Notes: a model not told the origin generated them from the letters alone. A stretch of DNA of 64,000 nucleotides from an uncultured Acidobacteriota bacterium (GCA_963764715.1 CAVXTP010000012.1:32001-96000); one strand, 5' to 3'. Counted from the stretch's first letter, positions 1-9,978 are shown. Translations and numbers: made by a program.

Positions 1-538
1 TCGCGAGCCACCGTCCCCGGCCCCGGACGAGAAGCAGGAGACCGAGGGTGCCGACCGCCGTCGGATCGGGCGCGAGGCCGAAGATCTCGACCGCCTTCCA
101 GCCCCGCCCGAGGAGAGGCGCCGCCAGCGGTTCGACGACGAGTGCGAAGACGAACATCGCGAGCCCGATCCGCCCGGCGGCGTCGGCCGGCCAGCCGAAA
201 GCCAGCCTCCCGCCCACGACTCCGAGGCCGACGAGGAGCGCCGCCTCCAGGCCGAACATCCATGCCAGGTACACGGCCGCCGTGTTGATCGTCGCGTAGC
301 GCGCGGCGTGGAAGGCGATCGCGACCCAGAGCCAGCCGGCGGCGAGGATCCCGGCGAGGGCGCGGCCCGACCCCGCCGACGATCGCCGCGCGAGCGCGAG
401 GAGAACGGCTCCGAGGAGGAGCGCCACGAGCTGCGCCGGCCAGATCGCGGCGTTGTAGAGCTCGAAGAGCCGGTAATAGGTCCGCGGCGTGAAGAGAAGG
501 AGGTCCCGGAGGTGGTAGGTCCACCACTCCGAGGTCAA
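1..538 (-). CDS. DUF6064-like membrane protein (runs off the window edge)
   Basis: Manual translation: MTSEWWTYHLRDLLLFTPRTYYRLFELYNAAIWPAQL..., multiple hydrophobic segments, GLAPDPTAVGTLG motif; the TTG start overlaps the upstream TGA stop. Confidence 0.75.
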   Translation of the reverse strand, partial: MTSEWWTYHLRDLLLFTPRTYYRLFELYNAAIWPAQLVALLLGAVLLALARRSSAGSGRALAGILAAGWLWVAIAFHAARYATINTAAVYLAWMFGLEAALLVGLGVVGGRLAFGWPADAAGRIGLAMFVFALVVEPLAAPLLGRGWKAVEIFGLAPDPTAVGTLGLLLLVRGRGRWLA

Positions 539-1491
539 AGCTTCGCGACCTCGTCCGCGATCCGCCGGCGCATCGCCGCGTCGGGCATCCGGCCGTAGGA
601 GGCGCCTACGTTCTCGCGCACGTGCGCGACCTGCGAGGTCGCCGGAATCGCGCAGGTGACGGCGGGGTGCGAGACGATGAACTTCAGCAGCACCTGCGGC
701 CAGTTCGCGCAGTCGATCTCGGCCGCCCACGCCGGCAGCGGCGTCCGCTCGACGCGGTGGATGAGGTCGCCTCCCTGGAACGGGCGGTTGCAGATGACCG
801 CCATCTTCCGCTCCCGGGCGAGCGGCAGGAGGCGCTGCTCCACGTCGCGGTCGGCGGCGTTGTAGGTGAACTGGACGAAGTCGAGCGGCTTCGCCCGCAT
901 CACCTTCTCCATCTCGTCGTGGCGCCGCCCGTGCGAGGTCGTGATCCCGACGTAGCCGAGTTTGCCCGCCGCCTTCATCGCGAAGAGCGTCTCGAGATGC
1001 TCCTCCCAGGCCATCAGGTTGTGCACCTGGAGAAGGTCGAACCGCGCGACGCCCCAGCGCTTCTCCGACTCGCGGATCTGCTCGGGCCCCTTCGAGCCCG
1101 AGGAGGTCCAGACCTTGTCGGCCGAGAAGAGCGGCTTCGGGTTCGGGTAGGCGAGCTTCGCCAGCCCGTAGCCGATGACCTCCTGCGAGGAGCCGTACAT
1201 GGGCGAGGAGTCGATCAAACGCCCGCCCTCGGCGAAGAAGGCACGCATGACCTCGGCGCAGGCGTCCCGCGCCGCGACGTCCTCGCCGACGTTGAAGGTC
1301 GCCCAGCTCCCGAGGCCGACGAGCGGCAGGGCCTGCCCGGAGGACGGGATCGCGTGAGTGACGATGGGGCCGGGGCGCGCCGCCGCGGGCCCCGGATACG
1401 CGGCCGCGCCCCGGGGCAGGACGGCAGCCGCCCCCGCCACGGCGAGCGATCCGAGGAATTCGCGGCGGGAGAGCCGGTCGCGCGCGCTCAC
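535..1491 (-). CDS. Aldo/keto reductase with Tat signal peptide
   Basis: SRREFL twin-arginine motif; GLGSW, IDSSPMYG, DLLQVHN, IPATS AKR motifs. Confidence 0.92.
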   Translation of the reverse strand: MSARDRLSRREFLGSLAVAGAAAVLPRGAAAYPGPAAARPGPIVTHAIPSSGQALPLVGLGSWATFNVGEDVAARDACAEVMRAFFAEGGRLIDSSPMYGSSQEVIGYGLAKLAYPNPKPLFSADKVWTSSGSKGPEQIRESEKRWGVARFDLLQVHNLMAWEEHLETLFAMKAAGKLGYVGITTSHGRRHDEMEKVMRAKPLDFVQFTYNAADRDVEQRLLPLARERKMAVICNRPFQGGDLIHRVERTPLPAWAAEIDCANWPQVLLKFIVSHPAVTCAIPATSQVAHVRENVGASYGRMPDAAMRRRIADEVAKL

Positions 1492-1501
1492 GGCTTCGAG
1501 T

Positions 1502-3013
1502 CTACCCGCTCGAGGCCCCCGCCTTCGCCTTCGCGCGCACGAAGGCGTAGTTCTGGTTGGGCAGGGTGTTGAAGTCGGCGGCCTGCTTGCAGGACTCGGC
1601 GGCCTTCTCGGAGTCGCCCTTGCCCTGGTAGGCCTGGCAGAGCCGGTACAGGTTCTGCGGGTTCTGCAGGTTCGCCTGTTGGAGCTCGGCGATCGACTTG
1701 TCGTAGCTCTTCTCGGCCAGGGCGATGACGCCGTCGAGCTCGTGCGCGAGCTTCGGCTGGAAGGGGTTCTTCGCGACCATCGCCCCCTTGCGGAACTCGT
1801 CGGCCTCGGTCTTCGCCAGGGTGAAGTCCTTCTTCGCGACCGCGACGCGGGCGAGGTTGAAGTGCAGGCCGAGCTTCGCGTTGTCCTTGATCTCCTGCGA
1901 GAGGTTGGAGCCCTCGACGAGCGCGACGCCTTTCTCGAACTCGGCCTTCGCGGCGTCGGGCTTGCCCATCTCGAGGAGGATGTTGCCCTTCAGGCCCCGG
2001 TCGAAGGCCAGCCCCGGCACGTCGTTGTTCTTCTCGGCGATCGCCGTCGCCTTGTCCACGTTCGCCAGCGCCTTCGCGAGCTCTCCCCCGTCGATGTAGA
2101 CGACCGTCAGCGCGAAGAGGCCGGTCCGGCGCTCGCCGTCGGTCCGCGCCTTCTTCCCGATCTCGCCGAGCTCGGCCTCCGCGTCCGCGGGCTTGCCGGC
2201 ATAGAGCAGGTCCATCGCGATCCCCTGGTGCGCGTTGACGAAGTTGGGGTCGATGCCGAGGGCCTTGCGGTACTGGGCGATCGAGTCGTCGAAGCGGCCC
2301 ATCTTCAGGAGCAGCTCGGCGTACGAATCGTAGGGGTTCGGGTCCTTCGGGATGAGCTCGACGTACTTCTGGAAGGCCTTCTCGGCGCTCGCGTAGTCGC
2401 CGTTCTGGCGGTAGGCGTAGCCCAGGAGGTTCCAGGCCGTTGTCAGGCCCGGGTTGATCGCGGTCGCCTTCTCGTACTGGGCGATCGCCTGCTTGAAATC
2501 CTGCTGCCCGAAATACCAGGCGCCCAGCGCAAACTGCGCCCGTTCGTCGTTCGGGAAGTCCCGGACCAGCTCCTCGAGATAGTCCTTCTGTTTGGCGGCG
2601 TCGTTGTTCGCCCCGGCGCGCGCCGCCATGATGAGGAGCTTCTCGCCGTCGGTGGCCTTCTCCGAGAGGATGACGGCCCGGTTGAGATGGTCGAAGAACT
2701 CCCGGCCCGTCGGCGCCGCTGTGGCCATGGCGAGCTCGGCGAGGGCGAAGTTCTCGTCGAGCGAGATGGCCTGCTGGAACCGGGCGATCGAGTCGGTGAT
2801 GAGGAGCTTCTCGAACTGGTCGCGGCCCTGCAGGTAAGCCGCGCGGGCGGCCTCGGAGGAGGTCGTGATCGGGATCTTTCCGCCCCCCGCCGGCGTCGGC
2901 GCCGCCTCGGCCGCGGCGGGCGCGGGCGCCTCCTTCTTCTGGCAGCCGGCGGCCGTCAGGCCGGCGGCGGCCGCAAACGACAGGAAAAGGGCGAGGGATC
3001 GGTTGGTGCGCAT
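1502..3013 (-). CDS. TPR-repeat lipoprotein
   Basis: Lipobox-like TAAGC; many TPR helical repeats. Confidence 0.85.
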   Translation of the reverse strand: MRTNRSLALFLSFAAAAGLTAAGCQKKEAPAPAAAEAAPTPAGGGKIPITTSSEAARAAYLQGRDQFEKLLITDSIARFQQAISLDENFALAELAMATAAPTGREFFDHLNRAVILSEKATDGEKLLIMAARAGANNDAAKQKDYLEELVRDFPNDERAQFALGAWYFGQQDFKQAIAQYEKATAINPGLTTAWNLLGYAYRQNGDYASAEKAFQKYVELIPKDPNPYDSYAELLLKMGRFDDSIAQYRKALGIDPNFVNAHQGIAMDLLYAGKPADAEAELGEIGKKARTDGERRTGLFALTVVYIDGGELAKALANVDKATAIAEKNNDVPGLAFDRGLKGNILLEMGKPDAAKAEFEKGVALVEGSNLSQEIKDNAKLGLHFNLARVAVAKKDFTLAKTEADEFRKGAMVAKNPFQPKLAHELDGVIALAEKSYDKSIAELQQANLQNPQNLYRLCQAYQGKGDSEKAAESCKQAADFNTLPNQNYAFVRAKAKAGASSG

Positions 3014-3121
3014 GGTTGCCTCCTCTGTTCCCCGGTGGAATCGTCAGAGATGACTACGAACGCGCCGCCGTCATGTTTGAGGAGGGCGGGCGATCCCAGA
3101 ATCCTCCAAGAAATCAGCGGT

Positions 3122-4480
3122 TCACGGTTTCGCCGGAATGATGCCCGGCCGCGGGGGCAGGTACTTCTTCCGGACCTTCGCCACGATCCCCGCGTTTCGG
3201 TCGGCCACTTCCGAGATCTCGTACTCGATCGTCGCCCCGAGGAGCATCGCCGCCTCCGGCCCCGTCAGGCCGTAGTCCTTCTCGATCCAGGACGCCAGTC
3301 CCGAGGTCGCCTCCCGGAACGCCTCGTCGAGCGAGCCGGCGAGGCCCATCGCCATCAGGTACTCGTCGTTCTCGACCCGCGGCCGACGGATCCTCAGGTC
3401 CCGGACCACGTCGACCGAGAACTCGACGTCGAGCGAGGTCTCGAGCGCGTTGCCGTTGAGCTCCCCGTCGCCCTGCAGGGCGTGGCCGTCCCCGACGTAG
3501 AGGAGCGCCCCGGGCTGGCCGACCGGCAGATAGACCGTCGCGCCCTCGACGATCTCGTTGAAGTCCATGTTGCCGCCGACCCGCCCGGAGTCGCCCGTCG
3601 GCACCGCCGCGCCTGCGAAGCCGGGCGCCACCCCGACGCAGCCGAGCATCGGGCGGACCGGGACGACGAGGTCCTGGAGCCGCTCCGTCGGCTTCGCGGG
3701 CCGGGCCGTGCCCTTCGCGATGTCGAGGTTCCAGACGACGTCCTTGAATTCCTGCTTGTGCTCCGAGGCGTAGTCCGTCGTCATGGCCCGGTCGACGAAG
3801 GCGTCGTCGCTGATCGCCGTCGGGCGGTTCAGGCGCAGCTTCTTCACGTGCACCGCCAGGACGTCGCCCGGCATCGCGCCCTCGACGTAGAAGGGCCCGG
3901 TCTGGGGGTTGCCGCCCAGGCTCCGCGACTTCCCCGCCTTGTCGACCCCGGCGGCGTCGACGGTCGACGTCCGCACCGTGTCGCCCGGCCAGATCCGCAG
4001 CACCGGCTCAGTCGTGCTCGAGAAGGTCCGGTGGAACTGCTTCGGCTCGAAATCGAGCGTGCGCGGCGCGGGAGGCTTGTCCGTGGCGGGCCGGCGCGCC
4101 GTCCAGGTCATGACGGGCGACTTGCCCCAGGTCTCCTCGGTGATGGTCAGCGTCCCCGACAGACGGCCGCCCTTCTCGAGCTTGCCCTCGTAGACGTTGA
4201 TCGCCCCGTCCGGGTCCTTGTACTGGAACTGGACGCGATCGCCGGTCACCAGGCCCGTGACGTCACGGCCGGAGGTCTTGCCCGTGATCCTGCCGTTCTC
4301 GACCTTCAGCGTGAGCAGCTCGTTCAACGGCTCGCCGTGGACGAGCGTCGTCAGGATCCAGTCCCCGAAGAGGTCCGGGGGAGGAGGCTGCGGGGCCGCG
4401 ACGGCCGCCGGACGTGCCGTCGCCGTCGCCGCCGCGAAGAGACCGACCGCCAGGATTTTCGCCAGAGCTCTCATCGTCAT
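3122..4480 (-). CDS. Secreted acetamidase/formamidase family protein with extra N-terminal domain
   Basis: Signal peptide; NPQTGPFYVEGA.PGD, GGNMD, GDGHALQGDGE motifs; GGAGG upstream of ATG 4480. Confidence 0.88.
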   Translation of the reverse strand: MTMRALAKILAVGLFAAATATARPAAVAAPQPPPPDLFGDWILTTLVHGEPLNELLTLKVENGRITGKTSGRDVTGLVTGDRVQFQYKDPDGAINVYEGKLEKGGRLSGTLTITEETWGKSPVMTWTARRPATDKPPAPRTLDFEPKQFHRTFSSTTEPVLRIWPGDTVRTSTVDAAGVDKAGKSRSLGGNPQTGPFYVEGAMPGDVLAVHVKKLRLNRPTAISDDAFVDRAMTTDYASEHKQEFKDVVWNLDIAKGTARPAKPTERLQDLVVPVRPMLGCVGVAPGFAGAAVPTGDSGRVGGNMDFNEIVEGATVYLPVGQPGALLYVGDGHALQGDGELNGNALETSLDVEFSVDVVRDLRIRRPRVENDEYLMAMGLAGSLDEAFREATSGLASWIEKDYGLTGPEAAMLLGATIEYEISEVADRNAGIVAKVRKKYLPPRPGIIPAKP

Positions 4481-4502
4481 CGTCCCCTCCTCCAACCCCG
4501 CC

Positions 4503-5228
4503 TCAGAAAGCCGGGCCGTCGGGCCACTGCAGACCCAGCGCCTTCGCGAGAAACACCGCCATCTGGCGCCGCGTCAGCGCGGCATCCGGGCAGTAGTTGC
4601 CGCCGCCGCAGCCGGCCGTGATTCCCGAAGCGACGAGCGCCTCGACGAACTGGAACGCGGGATCGGACGTCGGCACGTCGCCGAACGTCGCGGTCGCGGG
4701 CGCCGGGCTGACCTGGAGCCTGTAGCGGACGCGCACGGCGGCGAACGATGTCAGGCCGTCGAAGGTCGTGTTGTGGATGGCGATGATGTATCGATGGGCA
4801 TCGTTCTCGACCGTCTCGGGGCCCGGCAGGTCGGCCGCGACGGTCGTGCACCCCGGCACTTCCGCGTCGCCGGTCTCGACGTTGACGATCTCGGTCGCCG
4901 TCCCCCCCAGCGAGCCCCGGAAGAGAGCGGCGCCCACCTCGCCGGACCCCGAGGCGTCACAGGCCTCGAGCTCGATCGAAACGATCGAGGCTCCCTGCGG
5001 AAGATGAACGGGGGCGAGAAATGTCCCTGCACTCGTCTGGTACCGGTGGAGGAACAGGCTGGCCCAGGTCGTCGCGGGATCGTTCGGCTCGAAATCCCAC
5101 GCCGTCACGACGAGCGTCGATACCTGGTCGACGCCGAAGGACGGAGCGGGTGACGCGAAGATCGAGGTCGAGAGGCTCGCGAGCAGGGCGACCGGAAGGA
5201 CGAGGATTGACCGAGAATTCTTCCGCAT
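4503..5228 (-). CDS. Small secreted S-layer homology (SLH) domain protein
   Basis: Signal peptide; C-terminal FGDVP...GITAGCGGGNYCPDAALTRRQMAVFL. Confidence 0.85.
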   Translation of the reverse strand: MRKNSRSILVLPVALLASLSTSIFASPAPSFGVDQVSTLVVTAWDFEPNDPATTWASLFLHRYQTSAGTFLAPVHLPQGASIVSIELEACDASGSGEVGAALFRGSLGGTATEIVNVETGDAEVPGCTTVAADLPGPETVENDAHRYIIAIHNTTFDGLTSFAAVRVRYRLQVSPAPATATFGDVPTSDPAFQFVEALVASGITAGCGGGNYCPDAALTRRQMAVFLAKALGLQWPDGPAF

Positions 5229-5360
5229 GTGAAGACCCCTTTCTGGAGGGCCATTCTAGGCGCGGGCCTCCCGGCCTGAACCCGGAGCGGCCCCCCGGGA
5301 TTACTTGCCTGATGAGGGCGCGGGCGCAGGGTGCGCCCCGACTCGAAACAGGAGGTCCCC

Positions 5361-6377
5361 TTGCCCACGATGCGTGCCGTCCAGGTCCCCGGAGCGAAGC
5401 AACCCTTTCAGGCCGTCCAGCGCGAGGTCCCGTCGCCCGGGCCCGGCCAGGTCCGGCTGCGGGTCGAGGCCTGCGGCGTCTGCCACAGCGACGTCCTCAC
5501 GAAGGAGGGTCTCTTTCCGGGAATCGAATACCCGCGGGTGCCCGGCCACGAGGTCGCGGGCGTCGTCGACGCGCTCGGCGCCAGCGTCCCTCTCTGGAAA
5601 CCCGGCGACCGCGCCGGTATCGGCTGGCACGGCGGCCACTGCGGATACTGCGACTCCTGCCGCCGCGGCGACTACCTGACCTGCCGCAACGGCCTCAAGG
5701 TGACGGGCATCGCGTACGACGGCGGCTACGCCGACTATGTCGTCGCGCCGTGGGAGGTGCTCGCCCGGATACCCGACGGCCTCACCGCCGCCGAGGCCGC
5801 GCCGCTCATGTGCGCGGGCGTCACGACCTTCAATCCTCTGCGCAACTCCGGCGCGCGTCCGGGCGACCTCGTGGCCGTCCTCGGCATCGGCGGGCTGGGG
5901 CACCTCGGGGTGCAGTTCGCCGCGAAGATGGGGTTCGACACCGTCGCGATCGCCCGCGGCGCCGACAAGGCGCCCCTCGCGAAGGAGCTCGGCGCGCGCG
6001 TCTACATCGACAGCCAGGCCGGGGACCCGGCCGCGGCGCTGACGAAGCTCGGCGGCGCGCGCGTGATCCTCGCGACCGTCACGAACGGCGAGGCCATGGC
6101 CGCCGTCATCGGGGGCCTCGGCCCCGGAGGGACGCTCATCGTCGTCGGCGCGCCGCCCGATCCGCTGCCCGTGCCCGCCCTCGCTTTGATCCTCGACCGT
6201 CGCTCGGTCGCCGGCTGGCCGTCCGGCCGCTCGATCGACTCGGAGGACACGATGAAGTTCGCCGCGCAGACGGGGGTCCGATCGAAGAACGAGCTCTATC
6301 CCCTCGACCGCGCTGCCGAGGCGTACGACCGGATGATGAGCGGGAAGGCGAGGTTCCGGGTGGTGCTGACGACCTGA
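5361..6377 (+). CDS. Zinc-dependent alcohol dehydrogenase (MDR family)
   Basis: CGVCHSD, GHE, structural CxxCxxC...C, GIGGLG; GGAGG at 5351 before TTG 5361 (ATG 5370 is an alternative start). Confidence 0.93.
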   Translation: MPTMRAVQVPGAKQPFQAVQREVPSPGPGQVRLRVEACGVCHSDVLTKEGLFPGIEYPRVPGHEVAGVVDALGASVPLWKPGDRAGIGWHGGHCGYCDSCRRGDYLTCRNGLKVTGIAYDGGYADYVVAPWEVLARIPDGLTAAEAAPLMCAGVTTFNPLRNSGARPGDLVAVLGIGGLGHLGVQFAAKMGFDTVAIARGADKAPLAKELGARVYIDSQAGDPAAALTKLGGARVILATVTNGEAMAAVIGGLGPGGTLIVVGAPPDPLPVPALALILDRRSVAGWPSGRSIDSEDTMKFAAQTGVRSKNELYPLDRAAEAYDRMMSGKARFRVVLTT

Positions 6378-6403
6378 CGGCATGCGGCTGCCGAGGTCGA
6401 GGC

Positions 6404-6489
6404 GGGAGGGGACAAGCCCCTCCCCTACGGCCGGGGCGTGCGTGTCGGTTGAGGGTTCCCGTTCGTAGGGGCGGCCCTCGTGGCCGACC
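6404..6489. repeat. REP doublet (REPIN-like)
   Basis: gggaggggacaagcccctcccCTAC - spacer - GTAGgggcggccctcgtggccgacc. Confidence 0.85.
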
Positions 6490-6519
6490 ACCTCAGCCCC
6501 GCGAACGGGGTGGTGAGAC

Positions 6520-7428
6520 TTACCCTGCAGCCCTCGCGCGCAGCCGCTCCGCCATCTGCCGCACGGCCTCGGGCGTCGCGCGGCGGCGGAACTGCGAGGG
6601 CGTCACTCCGAACGCGGTCCGGAAGCGCGCCGTGAACTGGCTGTGGCTCGAGAACCCGAGCGACGCGGCCATGGCGCTCAGGTCCGTCTGTCCCGCCTCC
6701 AGGAGCGCGAGCGCGCGCCGCAGCCGCTGCTCGGTCAGATACCCGTGCAGCGTGTAGCCCGTCCGCCGCCGGAAGACCCGGCACGTGTGGAACGCCGACA
6801 CGCCCACGACCTTCGCGATCGACGAAACCGTCCAGGGCTGGTCGGGCCGGCTCGACAGGAGCTCACGGACGCTCCGGACGACGCGGTCGTGCCGGGGCGT
6901 CGCCACCGTCCTCCGCGCCTCGGCGGAAGGCGCGAGCGCGAGAAGGCCCAGTACCTCGAGCAGCGTCTCCTCCACCCACAGCTCGTCCGGCGGCGTCCAT
7001 TCCCCGACGTGCCGCGCGACGAGGCGAACGAGCGCCGCGGCCCGCCGGTCGAACGGAACGAACGGCACGGCGAACGGCCGCCGCGGATCGCGCCCGAGCC
7101 GCGGGTTCGCGCCGAGGAGCAGCTCCGGATCGACCGACACCCACTCGCAGTGATCGCCGCGGCGATCCACGCGGAACCGCCGGTACGGATGCCGCGGGTT
7201 GTGCAGCACCGCGACCGTGCCGTCGGAGACGAACGGGTCCCGCTTCGCCTGCACGATGCCGACCGACGAGCGCGAGAACGCGATCGCCGGCCGGTCGCCG
7301 ATCGCGCCCGCCGTCTCGAAGTCCTCGCTCTCGGGCGAGGCGTCGAAGCTCCCGAGCGTCATCGACGGACTGCTCCAGAGGAGCCGCTCGTACGGTCCGA
7401 GAGAGGGCCCGGTCGCGATCGCTTCCAC
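6520..7428 (-). CDS. AraC-family transcriptional regulator
   Basis: C-terminal double HTH (WTVSSIAKVVGVSAFH...GFSSHSQFTARFRTAFGVTPSQFR); only the 3' part of the 925-aa track ORF is plausible. Confidence 0.88.
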   Translation of the reverse strand: MEAIATGPSLGPYERLLWSSPSMTLGSFDASPESEDFETAGAIGDRPAIAFSRSSVGIVQAKRDPFVSDGTVAVLHNPRHPYRRFRVDRRGDHCEWVSVDPELLLGANPRLGRDPRRPFAVPFVPFDRRAAALVRLVARHVGEWTPPDELWVEETLLEVLGLLALAPSAEARRTVATPRHDRVVRSVRELLSSRPDQPWTVSSIAKVVGVSAFHTCRVFRRRTGYTLHGYLTEQRLRRALALLEAGQTDLSAMAASLGFSSHSQFTARFRTAFGVTPSQFRRRATPEAVRQMAERLRARAAG

Positions 7429-7456
7429 GGGGACATGGTAGCCGAGAGGCGGAACC

Positions 7457-7539
7457 GGGCGGCCACGAGGGCCGCCCCTACGTACCGGGGCCCCGGTTCG
7501 AACGGCCGGTATTCGTAGGGGAGGGGCTTGTCCCCTCCC
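7457..7539. repeat. REP doublet, inverted relative to 6404-6489
   Basis: gggcggccacgagggccgcccCTAC - spacer - GTAGgggaggggcttgtcccctccc. Confidence 0.85.
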
Positions 7540-7638
7540 GGAGTCGCCGGAAGCAGGCTCACGGGTTCCGCTGCCCCGGATCTTCGGCAAAACCACGGAA
7601 CCACGAGGCCGTAAGAGGGACGACTTCGGAGGTCGAAA

Positions 7639-9354
7639 GTGAGCAAGAAGCTGATAGTCGTCCCGTGCCTCGCCGTTCTCGCCGCGGGCCTCGCGCTCGC
7701 GACGAATCAGACCCAGAACGCCCCGGACAACGCCCGGCAGGTCGCGGCGGCCGCCGGGATGATCGGCAAGGGCGACTTCGCCGGGGCGTCGGCCGCCCTC
7801 GAGACGGTCGTCGCGAACGATCCGGGCAACAAGCTCGCCTTCCGCTACCTCGGCTTCGCGTACCTCAAGCAGAAGAAGTACGCCGAGGCGCGCGCCGCCT
7901 ACGCCAAGCTCCTCGCTCTCGTCCCCGACGCCCCGCAGGCGCTCTACAACACCGGCGTCTCGTATGCCCTCGAGGGCAACAAGGACGCCGCGTTCGAGTG
8001 GCTCGGCAAGGCGAAGGCAACCGGGAAGATCGACATGACGCAGATCCAGGTCGACGACGACCTGAAGCCTCTCGCCTCCGACCCCCGCTTCGCCGCGCTC
8101 CTGCCCAAGCCCGAGGACTTCGCCAACCCCTTCGTCGCCTCCGAGAACGTCAGGCTCATCCGGGAGTGGGACGGCGAGACGACCGGCGACCAGTTCGGCT
8201 GGATCGCGCGAAGCCTCGGCGACGTCGACGGCGACGGTGTCGCGGACTTCGTCACCTCCGCGCCCGGCTGGGCCGGGACCGGCAAGGACGCCGGCCGCGT
8301 CTACGTCTACTCGACGAAGACGGGCAAGCTCCTCTGGAAGGTCGACGGCGCCCCCGCGGAGGAGCTCGGCACCGGCGTCGAGCTCGCGGGCGACGCGAAC
8401 AGGGACGGCGTCCCCGACGTCGTCGCCGGCGCGCCGGGCGGCGGCAAGAGCTACATCTACTCGGGCAAGGACGGCCGCGTCCTCCAGACCCTGACGGCCG
8501 AGGCGAAGACCGACACCTTCGGCCGCCACGTCACCTTCGCCGGCGACGTGAACCACGACGGCTACGACGACGTCCTCATCGGCGCGCCGGGCAACGCCGC
8601 CGGCGGCAAGGACGCCGGCCGCGCGTACGTCTACTCGGGCAAGGACGGCCGCAAGCTCATGACCTGGACGGGCGAGCGCGAGGGCGACAACTTTGGCTCG
8701 ACCGTCGGCGGCTACACGCGCGGCAAGGTCACGTTCCTCATGGTCGGCGCCCCCGCCGCGGGCCCGAAGAAGACCGGGCGCGTCTACGTCTACGACGGCC
8801 TCGTCGAGAAGCCCCGCTTCGTCCTCGAGTCCGACGACACCGGAAGGGCTTTCGGCTACATGTTCATGTCCATCCCCGGCGACCTCGACGGCGACGGCGT
8901 CCCCGACCTCTACGCGACCGACTTCGCCAACACCGCGAAGGGCCCCTCGACCGGCCGCGCCTACGCCTTCTCGGGCAAGACCGGCCGGAACCTCTTCACC
9001 TTCACCGGCGAAACGGCGGGCGAGGGGTTCGGCATCGGTCCCGGCCCGGCGGGCGACGTCGACGGCGACGGCAGGCCCGACCTCGTCATCGGCGCCTGGC
9101 AGTACGCCGGCGCGGCCGTGTCCGGGGGACGGACGTACCTCTACTCGGGGAAGGACGGGAAGCTGCTGAAGACCTACACCTGCCGCATCCCCGGCGACAC
9201 CTTCGGCTTCGACGCCGTCGGCATGGGCGACACCGACGGCGACGGCACCGTCGACTTGCTCGTCACGTCGGCCTGGAGCGGCATCAAGGGCAACCACTCG
9301 GGCCGGGTGCTGCTCATCTCGAGCGGCGTGACGCGGACCGCGAAGGCCCCGTAA
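7639..9354 (+). CDS. Secreted TPR + FG-GAP (integrin-alpha-like beta-propeller) protein
   Basis: Signal peptide, N-terminal TPRs, repeated GDVDGDG..D...GAP motifs. Confidence 0.9.
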   Translation: MSKKLIVVPCLAVLAAGLALATNQTQNAPDNARQVAAAAGMIGKGDFAGASAALETVVANDPGNKLAFRYLGFAYLKQKKYAEARAAYAKLLALVPDAPQALYNTGVSYALEGNKDAAFEWLGKAKATGKIDMTQIQVDDDLKPLASDPRFAALLPKPEDFANPFVASENVRLIREWDGETTGDQFGWIARSLGDVDGDGVADFVTSAPGWAGTGKDAGRVYVYSTKTGKLLWKVDGAPAEELGTGVELAGDANRDGVPDVVAGAPGGGKSYIYSGKDGRVLQTLTAEAKTDTFGRHVTFAGDVNHDGYDDVLIGAPGNAAGGKDAGRAYVYSGKDGRKLMTWTGEREGDNFGSTVGGYTRGKVTFLMVGAPAAGPKKTGRVYVYDGLVEKPRFVLESDDTGRAFGYMFMSIPGDLDGDGVPDLYATDFANTAKGPSTGRAYAFSGKTGRNLFTFTGETAGEGFGIGPGPAGDVDGDGRPDLVIGAWQYAGAAVSGGRTYLYSGKDGKLLKTYTCRIPGDTFGFDAVGMGDTDGDGTVDLLVTSAWSGIKGNHSGRVLLISSGVTRTAKAP

Positions 9355-9406
9355 TCACGAGAAGGCCTCTCCGAGCGGTCTATGGCTCGTCTTTACGACC
9401 CGCGTG

Positions 9407-9703
9407 TCATCTCCCCGCGCCGACCCAGCTTCTCGCCATCGCGGCGAGCCGCGGCCCTTCGTCGGGCCAGTCGTGCAGCGTCGCCGGATCGAAGTCCGCG
9501 CCGTTCGGCCAGACCAGCGTCCGGCTCTCCTCGTCGAGCCTGACCTGGTCGAAGACGCGCGGATCCGCGAGGGGACCGAAGATCTCACCGGCCAGCACGG
9601 GACGAAAGTCCACCACCTGAGCCGTCCCGTCCTCGAAGCGAACGCGGAGGGTGAAGGGGGCGACCTTCTCAAAGCCGGTAACTTCGTGGATGGCGTGGGT
9701 CAA
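9407..9703 (-). CDS. DUF2442 family protein (putative antitoxin)
   Basis: LRVRFEDG...WPNGADFDPATLH signature; downstream of DUF4160 gene. Confidence 0.85.
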   Translation of the reverse strand: MTHAIHEVTGFEKVAPFTLRVRFEDGTAQVVDFRPVLAGEIFGPLADPRVFDQVRLDEESRTLVWPNGADFDPATLHDWPDEGPRLAAMARSWVGAGR

Positions 9704-9708
9704 GTCGG

Positions 9709-9978
9709 CTACCTCAGAGGCTCAATCTTAGACGGCACGCCGCCGGCCTGCAAAATCCGCCAGTCCTCGAGAAGCTCTGGCTGGTGAATCTCGGACCATG
9801 CGATGACGAGGCGCTCCTGTCGGGCAGGCAGGCTTCCGCCGACCCTTTCGATCGTATCCACCGCGAAGACCGCCACCCTGTCCTGGTAATAGGCATGGAA
9901 GTGCGGCCGGTGATGCGGGCTACCGGGCTCCACAAACATCCGGACGACGATTCCGAAGAAGCGACTGATCTCAGGCAT
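9709..9978 (-). CDS. DUF4160 family protein (putative toxin)
   Basis: MPEISRFFGIVVRMF...HHRPHFHAYY...W..IHQ.ELLEDW. Confidence 0.88.
   Translation of the reverse strand: MPEISRFFGIVVRMFVEPGSPHHRPHFHAYYQDRVAVFAVDTIERVGGSLPARQERLVIAWSEIHQPELLEDWRILQAGGVPSKIEPLR

Noticed and set aside
1358-4621. 1087-aa plus-strand ORF (and similar long shadows, e.g. 48889-52452, 16718-18586)
   Set aside because: Antisense or alternate-frame ORFs typical of high-GC DNA, overlapping well-supported genes and lacking motifs
6520-9297. 925-aa ORF as a long AraC fusion
   Set aside because: The 5' two-thirds is the antisense shadow of the FG-GAP gene and crosses a REP doublet; only 6520-7428 is credible
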